Below, one piece after another: positions 40,652-54,262 of a stretch of DNA of 64,000 nt; position 1 is the first letter of the stretch, and each line of letters begins with the position of its first letter. Origin of the DNA: Octopus vulgaris. Lineage: Eukaryota. The stretch covers positions 37,076,001 through 37,140,000 of the forward strand of contig OX597825.1 in assembly GCA_951406725.2 (NCBI GenBank), given 5' to 3'. The notes beneath the pieces were generated by a model. It was not told where the DNA came from and searched no databases. It saw nothing but the letters and a program-made list of their open reading frames with translations. The translations under genes and the position numbers were made by a program.

Positions 40652-41322
40652 ATACACACATTTGTTTCTTTCGTTGTTCGCAAAAAGTTTGTATTCCGTA
40701 TTTCATGTTGTTTACGTTTTATGACGTCCTGTACCCATATATACATATGTATATACTTATATGTAAGTATGTACATATATGTATGTATATATGTATATAT
40801 ATATATTATTTATATTATTATATGATTGAACGACAAGCAGCCATTTCCAAGTAAGTTTATCTTAATAATTTTGATGCGACTCTCTGTACTCTTCTCTCTC
40901 CCCCTTTCGTTTCCTCTCTCTTCCTTTCTCTAATTCCCTTTATTTCCCCTTCTCCCCATTTCATTTTTTCTCTCTTATCCTTTCTCTAATTCTTTTCCTC
41001 TCCTCTTCATCGTTCTCTGTCTGTCCCTCTCTCTTTTCCACTCTTCCTCCTTTACTCTCTCACTGCTCGCACGTGCCCATCAGCCATCTTTTTTTCCCTA
41101 ACTTGAGCTTTTTTCTTTCCTTTTGATCTGCCACGCAGATCACATGCATTCTTGTCTGTCTCTCCACCCTATCTTTTCTCCTGTCAAAACTTGTTCCTCC
41201 AGCGTTCGCCACCTCACCTCGTTATGGGTTAGTAGCCCTAACTGTTTGTTTTCACTGTCCTGTTTTTGTTACCAACTTGACCCTCCGCAAATCCCAAATT
41301 TTATTTTGCTTTGCGGGAGCAA

Positions 41323-41380
41323 CTGTTTCTGGAAGACACATCTCGTCGTAATTGTTCGAAATGCGGAATATATAAAACAG
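41323..41380 (+). ncRNA. Type I hammerhead-like fold in a Penelope-type repeat (~41150-41510)
   Basis: CTGTTT-CTGGAAGA-CACA...TGTTC-GAA-ATG cggaata TAT-A-AAACAG: 6-bp stem I, 3-bp stem III, altered core. Confidence 0.45.
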
Positions 41381-41520
41381 CCAACAACTGATGAAGGGTC
41401 ATTCTTTATGTTACTTGTCTTGTTTTCCATTTGTTTCTTTCGTTGTTCGCAAAAAATGTTCGTTTTCCTTGTTTTCGTACTTCGTATTCGTATTTCGTAT
41501 TTCATGTTTAAGTATGAACT

Positions 41521-41552
<32 letters not shown>

Positions 41553-41598
41553 TGTATGTATGTATGTATGTATGTATGTATGCGTGTATGTATGTATG

Positions 41599-41664
<66 letters not shown>

Positions 41665-42214
41665 GAGAGAGAGAGAGAGCAATAAGAAAATGGAGGGGGT
41701 CGATAGTTGGTTCATCAACTTTTAGACATTTATTAATAATTGGGTATTCTACCAGCAGTATATTGGGTAGATATTATCCCTTACTCGGTTGGATTCACAA
41801 CCTCTAACTTTCATGGAATATATATATATATTACTTATATTATTATATGATTGAACGCCACGCATCCATTTCCAAGTAAGTCTATCTATCTATATATATG
41901 TATGTAGGATACACTATCGAATAGAGAACGATGAAGGGGAAGAACGGAATTAGAGAAAGGAAGAGAGAGGAAACGAAACACTATCGAATGTTGTTATGCA
42001 CCGCTGGTCACAATGCGCTTCTTAGCATTGACGTAGTTGTCGGATGGTCTCGTTTCGGTGGCTAGACGGGCGGGCCAACATCCCCATTGAACGGAACGCC
42101 AGTGTTACTCATTTATAGTTGAGTGGTCTGGGAATCAGGACCACGATCTTGTAATCGCGAGTGCAACAATCTATCGACTTAGCATCACGTTTTCCTCCCC
42201 CACCAAACACATAC

Positions 42215-42591
42215 ACGCATACATACATATATATATATGTATATACATGCAGACATACATGCATACATACATACATACTTACATACATACATACACACAT
42301 GCATGGATACATACATACATACATACATGCATACATACGTAGATACATACATGCATGCATGCATACATACATACATACATACATAAATACATGCATACAT
42401 ACATACGTAGATACATACATGCATGCATGCATACATACATACATACATACATACATACATACATACATACATACATGCATACATACATACGTAGATGCAT
42501 ACATACATACATACATACATACATACATACATACATACATACATACATACATACATACATACATACATACATACATACATACATACATACA
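42215..42591. repeat. Long interrupted (CATA)n tract
   Basis: Direct reading; similar tracts at 28017-28083, 30922-31012 and 41522-41602. Confidence 0.95.
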
Positions 42592-43812
42592 AGCATAATC
42601 ACTATTTCTTTGTATCTTCACATTATCTTCAGAAGAGAAAATCAATCATATCAACCGTTTCCTTCTTATTTATACAGGTCATAATTTACCACAAGAAAAG
42701 ACCAATAAAACACGAAACATTTCGAGATAGAACATTATAAAAACAGAAACAATAAAATTCTTTAGTGTCATGATGGCAAAAACCATTATCATGACATTTT
42801 CAAATCTAATTAATATCTATTTTTGATAGACAGAATGAAATGAGGCGAAGAAATCCGTTTAAAGTTTAATATTTCCACAGTGAGTGGTAGCATTAATAAT
42901 GATAGCAATCAAAATCTCACATTAAAAAGTGTAACAGTTGCAGTATAAAGATAAAAAACAAATAAATCTAAAAATGAAGATTAATAACATTATCGTTTAC
43001 TTAGTCGAATATTAGAGACGTTTTTAAAGAAGATAAGATAAATATATACTTTTTAAAGAAAAGAGAAGTGTGCAAGCTTACAATTTAATTACGTAAGCTA
43101 ATCAAGGTAAACATTTATTTAAATGATCGTTAAATTTCCTAAATTTGATGTAATAAGTTTAATTTCAGCATTCATCTTACTTGTTTCACATATATACTAT
43201 TAATGTAATTTTTATATTAAAAGAAAACACACCGATTCAGTATCAATAAATTAAATCTTATTTCACTATTGGTTATATTGAATTAGCGCTTATGGCCTCA
43301 GCATTTAATCATGAATTAATCATGAAAAAAGAAACCCAGAGTACTCTATACATAATATCTTCTGGCTGCGGTCGGTACTCGATGATACATTTGATTAGAA
43401 GTTTAATACAATCTATACAGAATACAACCTTGTTTATTAACATCGGTGGAATAATACTCTGCAACAATCTATAATAGAAAGAACGGGAAAAGGTAGGATT
43501 TTGTAGGGTTTTGTGCTGTTCATCACAATTATCTCAAATCAATGCCTTTATTAAAAAGCCCAAAGGTTATATAGCTATTTTTAAAGAAAGCGTTAATAGT
43601 TTAAAATTTGAAAGAAAATAAAAGAAACAGTAAAATCAAAATACCCAATAAAAGGAATAAAACTCTTAAGCTTTAATTACTTTTTCTAAAAGTTGAGTTT
43701 GAAATCTGAATGCCATTGGCAAAATATACTGAGATGTTTCAAAAGGAAAAATAACTTTCCAATGATATTGACTAGATTCAAATTTGCGAATAAATAATCC
43801 ATTAGTTCATAC

Positions 43813-43946
<134 letters not shown>

Positions 43947-44163
43947 GTGTATCTATCTTATGGCTGGCATAAAATTTGGCCTTAATGACAATACATAATT
44001 GTATTTTGTAAGTAATGTGACTGTCATGAAGTTTCCTTACATTGTTAGCTTGTAGCGTTGCATTCCTTTCCCCCAAATTTCGGATACAGTAAGTGTGCTT
44101 ATGTTATCTATGTTATATCCTTGGCTAGGCATCTTCCTTAAAGAGAGTAATTATTAGAATTAG

Positions 44164-44835
44164 TATATCATGCCAGACTATAAATAATGTCCGGATTTTA
44201 AAGAAGGAATACAAGTGATCAAATTTTACATTTCTTTCCATTTACTCGTAAGTTTTTTAATTCCATTAGTGAAAAGCTGTTTTGGTTTCGACGAGAACTC
44301 TGAAAGGTTAGTTTAGACATCCTCAATCGTTTCCATAGTTAATCCATCTAAATGATTCTGTAAAATACAAAAGAAATGGTAATCTGACGGAACAAGGTCT
44401 GGAGATGAGAATTTTCTAACAGCCAGTTCTTCGATCTCATGTGACATGATTTTTGCAGAGTGGGCTCTTGAATTGCCCCCGTGAAACACCACTCCCTTTC
44501 GATTCACGAAAGCAGACCTTTTTTTCGTCAATGCAACGTTCAAAAGCTCTAATTGTGACAGTAGATTTGAGCATTGATTGTTGCATTAGTTGGTAGCGAG
44601 TCAAAGTGGATGACTCCTTTGAAATCCCACCAAACAGAGAGAAGAACCTTCTTCGCATTGAGTTCCCTATTCGGTTGTAGTTGGGCCTTTTCCCCTTCAC
44701 CAACCCAATATCTACGACGCTTGACATTTTGATAAAAGACCCACTTTCACCACTGGCCAACAGTCTGTCCAAAAAAGAGCGAGATGAGATTATGAGAACG
44801 AAGAGAAGAGTAAATGTCCACTCAGGGTTTGCGGT
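44164..44835 (-). mobile_element. Decayed mariner transposase (catalytic half and 3' end)
   Basis: SFLDRLLASGE; KRSAFVNRKGVVFHGGNSRAH; SPDLVPSDYHFFCILQNHLDG. Confidence 0.85.
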
Positions 44836-46507
44836 TAGCTTCAAATTTAAAAAAAAATATAAAACTCTTACTTAATTTTATCCACTGATGTTGGATGGGC
44901 AACAGACTTGAATTTTTCCCGTCATTCCTCTGATAAAGATCTACTGCTACAAACACCAGAACAGTATTCAAAAGCCAAGGTTGTCTGTCTTCTGGGGACA
45001 TTTCCACCAAATACACGAAAAGGTACATAGGCCGAAATGTTGTGATTATAAACACTAAGATGACGCTCTTCCGAATAAATCAGTATATTATTATGACAAT
45101 ACTTCCTCTTAAAAATTCAAACGAAATATAACCAGGTATAGAAAAGTAAATATTTTAATTGTAGCTATGTAAAGAATACATAAATGTGTAGAGGAAATAG
45201 CTCTAACTGCTAAACATTTTTATTGAGGTAAGTAGGTAAAAACAGAACCGAAAGTATATATTTTTGAAAATAGTTGGAATACTCTGGGGATATATAGACA
45301 TGCAAAACTTGAATAAGTGAACTTGGACTAGCTTATCGGAATTTTATGGTACGGAACCATGAGTGAGCGAATGTGTTGAATAACTGTGCTTTCAATTTAC
45401 TCGCAGTAATTCATTATGGCGTAAGTCTTTGGTATACTTCTACTAACTAGTAGTAAATCATTGCTATATACTAAGACTATTGCGAGACAATTTCCGTTAA
45501 AGGCTTAAATGTTTGGAATAATGCAAATATTGGTAGAATTTGCTCCATTATTGATACTGAAAAGCCTTTTTAGATTGCAAAAGTTAGGTGAAAATTTTTC
45601 AGCCGGAAAAGTGAACATTAACTTAGTTTCTGTTGACGATCTTATAATATCTACCGGAAATGAAAGCAAACTGATATTTGGAAAATGTTTAGCGATATTA
45701 TTTCTTACGACTAAAGTTTGGTTTATAACATAAAATCTTAACGGGACTGCTTTTACTCTTTGGAATACTAGGTGGTATTTTGTACTATATTCTATCTGCA
45801 AAAGAATAGTAACAAACATGGTTATAGGAGATGATAATGAAGGAGTATCGTTTTACTTTGCAAAGAAGTATATGAAGAAAACGTTTAATAGTACAAGGGA
45901 ATAAATCTTGTGAAATATTGGGTGAGTAGTTACATTACTTGTTTTTATGAAATCATTTTTCATTAGGTTATATTTGTTTTTAAGTTAATGGCATTATTTA
46001 AAAAACATAAACTGTACTATAATATCTCAACAAATCAGCGCACCTTACGTACTAACACATGTGGTATTGCCGGAGAATGAAGAAATTATATATATATATT
46101 ATTATTGTTTTTACGTATTTTTGTATTTTTATTCGTGTAACATCGTCCGTTTTTCCGTCCTTGTTTTGTATATATTCGAGGCTTTCTTCCAAGGAATCTA
46201 ATGCGCTTGGCTTAGATTTTCCTTTGGGGCTGGCCAGATCGGAGCAATCTCAAGATTAATCAGCCGAAATTGCGAAGATGATCCGGTTCTTGACTGAAGA
46301 TTGAAGGCTTCGAATGTCCCGTCCGTGTTTTTTGAATCGTCTTCTAAATGTTTCACGTTCTTGTCCCAGTTTGTATTTTTTTACATTTACATATATATAT
46401 ATATATATATGTGTGTGTGTTTATGTATTTACAGGTACATATGCATATATATATGTGTATACATATATGCATACGTATGTACATACAAACACATATATAT
46501 ATTTGTA

Positions 46508-46553
<46 letters not shown>

Positions 46554-47449
46554 GGTATGCATATGCATATGTGAATTGCCTTTTTCTTTCCGAAAGTACA
46601 GCTTAGTTAAACACTGAGTCCGCTTGAAAATTAAGTTAGAAGTACATGTCTGTGAAATGTTAAGCTACTGACAGGCTAATTTAGGAGCAGATTATTCAGT
46701 TATTCGTTCAAGCGAATCCTCTTCGTTGAACGATGGAGATCCACTACTATTTGTGTGCGCACACGTATACATAGGTATATATTTAAACACACACACACAT
46801 ATGTACATACATAAATATACATATTTATATGTATCTATATACCTAGCAATATGCATGCATACACAATTGCACACACACATACACACGTGTTGCTTTCATT
46901 TAGAAATAACATCAACTCAGAACAAACTAAATTTCTCTCTCTCTCTCTCTCTCTCTCCCTTTCTCTTTGATAAACTTTGACTTCAACTGCTTGTAATCTA
47001 CGTTACGTTTACTAATAGACGCATCAATCGGATTACACTATATTTAGCTCAATTTTGTTTTCCACCTTGGAAAATGTTGTCATTACGCCAAAGTCTCTAT
47101 ATCAACACTGAATAATTGAAATGACTGGAATTATACGATCGCAGTTTGTTCGGCAGTCAACAGAGTAATAGAAGAAGAAGCATTTGTCTTGTTATTCGAA
47201 TTAATTCTTCGATCGATAACCGGTGAACATTCTGAGAAACATCTTTCCATTCTGTTCTACTTTATTTTGTTCCGTTCTATCGTATTTAATTCTGCTTTTG
47301 TGGTGAGTAAACAGGATTCGATCTATGTGACGTAAACTAGCAAACTATTCTTAAATAAATTTCTAATTAGTTCTGCACTCCACAACAGACTCCTTCGTCT
47401 GCATTGACCAGCTATGCGAGACAACGAAGTTGGGGGGAAACGTTTTATG

Positions 47450-47660
47450 CTCGCTCAACTTGCTAGAAATAGCAACCAAAATTTCTTTCAGAGTTTATCC
47501 TACCGATTTTAAGGAAAATACATGTTGGTTAATGTAGTTCGAGATGTACTATGCCGGCAAAAATATATTGGAATATACATGGCTGAATACCTTTAATCAT
47601 CGTTCGGTTGGATCAGCTCTGGCTTGGGGCTAAATGACAAAGACAACAACGACAACAATA
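47450..47660 (+). mobile_element. Copy of an abundant (AAC)n-tailed interspersed repeat
   Basis: AACTTGCTAGAAATAGCAACCAAA...TGGGGCTAAA(CAA)n; relatives at ~11960-12140(-), 15290-15410, 27055-27480(-), 49930-50120 and 61310-61390(-). Confidence 0.65.
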
Positions 47661-48504
47661 ACGACGATGGCAACACCAGCTCTTATTTCCTTCCATTCTA
47701 TTGTATTAAACACTGCTTTTGTGCGTGGATAAGATTCGATTCTCCTGATTTAAACTAACAAGCTAATCCTCAATCAGTTTCCAATTCATTCGACCTTGCG
47801 CCACCGATTTGTTTTCAATCTCATGCATTTACATATTTCATTAACACGAACCGAGCGGCAGTGTTGCTAGAAATAGTAGGAAAATCATCTTCAAAACGCA
47901 TTCTACCGTTTAAATAACAAAATAATAATTGTCACTGCAATGAGCGTGAAAGACGGTGTCTTAGCAGTCGCATGATCAGATGAAAACAACAGCCAATATC
48001 TCTCAAACCAACATGATTGCTAAGTGTTAAGTTGTTAGCCAATATATAATGAGCTACAAAATCAGCCTTTTAGTAGTTACCCGTCTCCCTAATAATAACA
48101 GCTGATATCCCACAAATCAACGTGGTTCCTAAGTCATTAAAAAACTATCCCTTGTTGACATAAAATTATTTCACGAACCTGAGTATCGTTGTTACCAAGA
48201 TTCATATAGAATTACGTTTCTAAATGCCTGAGATAGAATGTATTAGATTGCAAGAATATTTAGAGCATCGGAGAAAATGTTTGGCGGTATTTAGTTGAAT
48301 CTCTTTACGTTCTGAGTTCTAATATTGCCAAAACTTTATTTCCTTTCCCAGGGTCGATAGATTAAAACGTTATTCAAATACTAGGGCTCATTTAATTGAC
48401 TGACTCTTCCCAAAGTCGTGGTCTTGTAGCATCCTAATAAGGGAATAACATTATAATTGTTTGGAGGGTAGTGGATTAAGAGAATAGGTATAATACTGGA
48501 CCTG

Positions 48505-48600
<96 letters not shown>

Positions 48601-48605
48601 GTTTC

Positions 48606-49645
48606 TGTCCGGCGCCATCATGTGCGTCTTACTTTTGCAGTGATTCTCCCCTGTTCGTCGATTTTTGCGTTGGTTGAAACGAAGGAACAGCGTGATTCCG
48701 TGAAATTCTGTTTTCTGCTGGGTAAAACGGCGGCTGAAACAGTTATCATGCTTCAGATAGCTTACAAGGTAACGCTACTATGAGCAAAAACAAGTTTACG
48801 AGTGGTTTTCACGCTTTAGGAATGGGCACTTGTTGCTTGAAGACCAACCTCATTCAGGGCAACTGTCGACATCCTGAACGAATGACAACATCAATAAAAT
48901 TTGTGAACTGATCGTGGGGGACCGTCGCCGAAAAATTGACGAACGTGTTGATAGGTGTGTCCTGGAGCTCCTGCCAATGAATTTTGAGCGAGGAATTGCA
49001 AATGAAAAGAGTTGCAGCAAAATTTGTGCCTCATTTGTTCACGAGTGAATTCGTGTCGTGAACTGAAAGTATAGGTGAAAGTTGATCCAGACCTTTTTTT
49101 TAGTAGGTCATCGCTGGTGAAGAAAGCTGGTGTTGCAGCTGCAATCCAGAAACGAAGCAGCAATCAACTCAATGGAAGCATTCAATGTCACCACAACACC
49201 CAAAAGCGCATCAAGTGAAGTCCAATGTCATGAAGATGATGGTTTTTTTTATCGATGCGAAAGGAATTGTCCCCACAGATTTGTGGTAAAGTGAAGAGGA
49301 GCATGCACACACCGCCCCGATTGTGAAACAGTTTTTGTCCAAAAATGGCATAACCCCCGCTTACTCACGCTCCCTATTCACCCGATTTGCTCCCTGGGCT
49401 TTTTTTGTTCCCCCGAATGAAAAAACTCTTACAGGAAAACGTTTTGTAGATGTGGAAGAGGTGAAGAAAAAAACGACGGAGTCGTCAAAAGACATCACTT
49501 CGCAAGAGTTCCGGGACTGCTCGAACAGTGGAAAATGCTTCTGGACCGATGCATTGTTTCAAATGGAGAATACTTTGAAGGCGATAAAAGTGTAAACATG
49601 TAAAGCCGAGTGAATAAAATAATATTGCAAAATCTCAGATTTACC
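48606..49645 (+). mobile_element. Near full-length decayed mariner transposase; 5' end abuts (ATCT)n
   Basis: EQRDSVKFCFLLGKTAAETVIMLQIAYK; QVYEWFSRFRNG; MKRVAAKFVPHL; GEESWC; AHTAPIVKQFLSKN; NGEYFEGD. Confidence 0.9.
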
Positions 49646-50707
49646 GAAAATATGATAGGATCGTGAACGATAAAATACCTTTGATAATATATAGGTCTGG
49701 TAGATAAGTGCTCATCTGGAGTTAAGCAACAACCCATTCATTTTCTTTTAACGTTGTTCATAGCTGTTTCACGAAGAGTCGTCTCTTTCAGGTTCTGCTA
49801 TGATCATTCCGTACTATCCAGCTTTCTGTTGTTGAATAATACATCTATCTTTTCTGTATCAGATGCTTTTAAAAGGCGGCGGGAGTATGTGTGAAGGAGA
49901 TTTATCAGTTCGAGAAAAGTGACTAAGTCTTTACAAGCTCATTTAACATGCTAGAAGTACACACAGATCTCTCTCAAGTATCATCACACTGTTTTAAATA
50001 TGGAAGATGTTTGGAAAATATAATCTTTATGCATTATGGATGAAAACAAATGAGTAGTCAAGGCTGCAACGTTACAGGTTTGATTAATCAAGGATAACCT
50101 AGGACTCAATTAACATCACAAATGCAAATAACAATAACTAATGGCCAAAATTGAATTCTGTACACATGACGAGATGGTCCGAACGAATTGATTTGAGTTA
50201 GGTCACGTGTTGAACACATTCCCAGATTGATCACAACACCAGTTGTCAACAGAATATAGAGCTAAAGTAATAATACAAGATAAAGAATTCAGTACAGAAA
50301 CATGACATAATACATCAGAAGCTGTTTGAACCCCTGGCCTATGAGGCAAGTTAACCAATTCTTTACCCGCTCAACAAACTTCGCGCAATGCTATGTCTAA
50401 CGAGCAAATATGAGGAAATTACACACCGACATTCGTACGACAAATATTGATTTATTTTTTCTACAGACACAAGGTCAATTGTTCAAAGTAAGGCGAACAG
50501 TTGATTGAGCAGACGCAAATATACTGCTGGCGCTTATTTTATCGAATCCAGAGAGATGTAAGGTGAGGCCGACCCCAATGGGAACTGAACTCGCCCCTCT
50601 CTCTCTCTCCCTTCTTTTTCTGTGTGTCTTTCTTCTACATACACATTTATATATCTATACATTTATCTACGTATCAACGCATATATGTATGCATATATAC
50701 ATATATA

Positions 50708-50754
<47 letters not shown>

Positions 50755-51380
50755 GCATTATATATATACATGCATATATATATATATACATGCAGATATA
50801 TATATATATATGTATATATTTATATATTTACACCCATATATTTGGTTATACGCACAGGCAGTCACAGATGCTCACATACACCTACCCACACACCCACACC
50901 CACACCCACAGACGTATTCCCGAGTATACGTGAGTACTTGTGTACCTTCATACAAAATACGTGTGCATACACTCGTGTACAAATGTGTGCGCGCGTGTGC
51001 GTGCATTTCCTTTGTTGTGAAATATACCGTTATTTCACTGGAAATATAAATCATTTTCAAGGAAATTAATTTCTTACGAACCACCTAGATGAAATAAACA
51101 CACATACACAGATACACAGACACACAGACACACACACACAGACGCACACACACGCACACGCACACATACACACGCGCGCACATACACATGCGCACACGCA
51201 CATTTAAATATATATATATATGTGTATTGATATATGTGCATATATATGTATATATATACCAATTTATATATATATATATGTATTGATATATATACACACA
51301 CACACATATATATATACATATATATATATATATGTTTATTCATTTCTCTCTCTCTCTTTATATATCTATCTATCTATCAA

Positions 51381-51516
<136 letters not shown>

Positions 51517-52137
51517 GAGAGTGAGACAGAGAGAGCGAGTGAAATAGAGAAGAGGAAGAGAGCAACAGACAGAAAGAGAGACAGGGAAAGAGAGAGTGAG
51601 AGAGGAGAAAGATGAATTGAGACTGCGTGACGTTTATGGCTTTCATGGAAGTATTAACGATGCCACGGAAGTGAAACATACACCAGGAGGAATCAAAACC
51701 GAGTGGTGGTCACTCGGCTGGTTACTATAGGTCACATATATTATCGACCTGTTAGTTGTTTGTTCGATTTTACTAATGAACTCGAACTGTCTACTGCAAT
51801 GAATGTGGTTAGTTAGCTCTTTATGAAGGAAGTGTCATGTCTCACAATCGTTTAGATGTCGAGAGAACTGGATCAACTTTCTGGTATAAGGAGTTGAATA
51901 CAACCATCTCAGAACTAAGTTCACAATAGAGAGAGAGATTGCAGTATAAGAATAATAAGAATTAAAATAGAAGATAAAAAAGTGGAGGAGATCATGAAAA
52001 GAGAGGAAAAAAAATATAAAGTGAGCAACAACTACAATGATAACCATAGGGAAAAAGCCCGACCTGTAGCAGTTTTAAAAGAATAGAAAGAAAAGGGAGA
52101 GTAGAAATATTAAGAAAGATAGGAGGCAAATAATAAA

Positions 52138-52312
<175 letters not shown>

Positions 52313-52313
52313 G

Positions 52314-53250
52314 TATTTCAATTATTTGCCACAAGGGCGAACGATGAGGGGGACAGTACAAAGATAGACATAACGTGTAGGGGTTTACATATAGTGAAGT
52401 GATAAAAACAGAAAAAAAATAAGTCTACACGGTATACACTGAAATAGAAGTGAAATATGCGTAGCATACAAAGGTTAAAAATAAGTGACGGTGAGGAAGA
52501 TAGAGATGTGGCCCTCCTGATAGAGGAAGGCCTCTTGGGATAATTGAGGAACCCCACTGTCCGGGATTTCTCTAAAACTCCAGGAGCAAGTGCACTCTCC
52601 AATTACTTCTCTCCAACTCACAGGTCTACGCTTAGAGAGGTACCATCCTCTCTTGCCATTATTTACAACTTTCACCCACCTTTCAGTAAACTCACTGGAG
52701 GATAGCACTTCCCTTTCCACTCTTGATTTCCTTTTCAAGTGAAACTTGCAGTCAATGACTGCTCTACCAAAGAGGAACTTTTCTGTCCGCATGTCTTTCA
52801 GCCTTCTCCCGCAAACAACATCTTTTGCAACAGCCACCAGGCAATGGAAAACTACCTCACCTTTTCGATTGAAGGAGGGCAGCGGTGTGATCAGCACTAC
52901 AGACGGATCCGTCCCACTCGTGACAGCAGCTGTTCGACATAACCCCAAAAGTTAGCAATGCCCAGACACTGCAGAACGGTTTCGTCACTCTGCTCGCTTC
53001 TCTGACAACCCCGTCTGACAGCACACTCGAACCAGTAGTGCTTCCGGGAGCAATGCCAGGCTAAGGAATCTGGAAATAATTCATGAAAGTTCCTGACCGG
53101 AAAGTACTCATGAACAGACTAGCCAGTTGATCTTTGTCGGCACCTAGAGTCTCCCCGAGAACGTCGTCACACTTCCTCGTCACTAACCCTTTATGAATTT
53201 CTAAAGCGGAACATACACCAATTCCATTGCCCGTCTGGCAGAGGGCTGTG
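52314..53250 (-). mobile_element. 5'-truncated Tx1/L1-like LINE (zinc-finger end of ORF2 plus 3' UTR)
   Basis: SLAWHC..., CQRSEQSDETVLQC..ANFWGYVEQLLSRVG, ...EREVLSSSEFTERWVKV, then a 3' UTR ending GTGGCAAATAATTGAAATA plus (TTA)n. Confidence 0.75.
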
Positions 53251-53722
53251 AGCGGCTGAATAATAAGAATTCCTTTCTACTAAAGATACAAGGCCTGAAA
53301 TTTGTTTGGGGAAGGAGTCGATTACATCAACCCCAGTGATCGATTGGTACTTATTTTACCGGCTCCGCTTTAGAAATTTATAAAGGATTAGTGACGGGGA
53401 AGTGTGACGACGTTCTCGGGGAGACTCTAGGTGCCGACAAAGACCAACTGGCTAGTCTGTTCATGAGTACTTTCCGGTCAGGAACTATCATGAATTATTT
53501 CCAGATTCCATAGCCTGGCAGTGCTCCCGGGGGCACTACTGGTTCGAGTGTGCTATCAGACGGGGTTGTCAGAGAAGCGAGCAGAGTGATGAAACCATTC
53601 TGCAGTGTCTGGGCATTGCTAACTTTTGGGGTTATGTCGAACAGCTGCTGTCACGGGTGGGACGGATTTATCTGTCGGCTGAGTCTGTAGTGATGATTAC
53701 ACCGCTGCCCTCATTCAGTCGA
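52865..53722. repeat. Long inverted repeat: arms 52865-53210 / 53364-53722, 153-bp spacer
   Basis: About 17 substitutions and one ~13-bp indel by hand (~95%). Confidence 0.95.
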
Positions 53723-54205
53723 CTGCGGAGGCAGTTGAATTTAGAACGCAAATATGGACGAAATACGGCTAAGCATTTTGTTCGGCGTGCTAACGTTCCT
53801 GCTACCTTGCCGCATTAAATGATTCTTTCTACTATTGGCACAAATCCTGCACTGTCACAGGAAATAGGGGTTTAGCCGATTACATAGACCCCAAAAGGAT
53901 GAAAGGTAAAGATAAGCATCTTGGCGAAATGCCGCTATGCATCTTGCCCAGTGTGCTAACGGTTCTGCGAGGTTGCTGCCTTTCTCAGCACCTTAATGAT
54001 AAGAACAATCTTTTTAGTAGCTACAAGGCGTAATCGAATACATCGATTCCAGTGCTAAACTGGGAGATAGGCGTAGGAGTGGGTGTGTAGTAAGTAGCTT
54101 GCTTACCAACCACATGGTTCTGGGTTCAGTCCCACTGCGTGGCACCTTGCACAAGTGTCTTCTACAATAGCCTCGGGTCGACCAAAGCCTTGTGAGTGGA
54201 TTTGG

Positions 54206-54262
<57 letters not shown>

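Noticed and set aside
46200-46325. Hammerhead-like words GGCTG...CAGCC-GAAA and CTGAAGA...TTCGAA
   Set aside because: The first lacks a CUGANGA box and the second lacks GAAA and stem III; probably a repeat-family end, but no complete fold.
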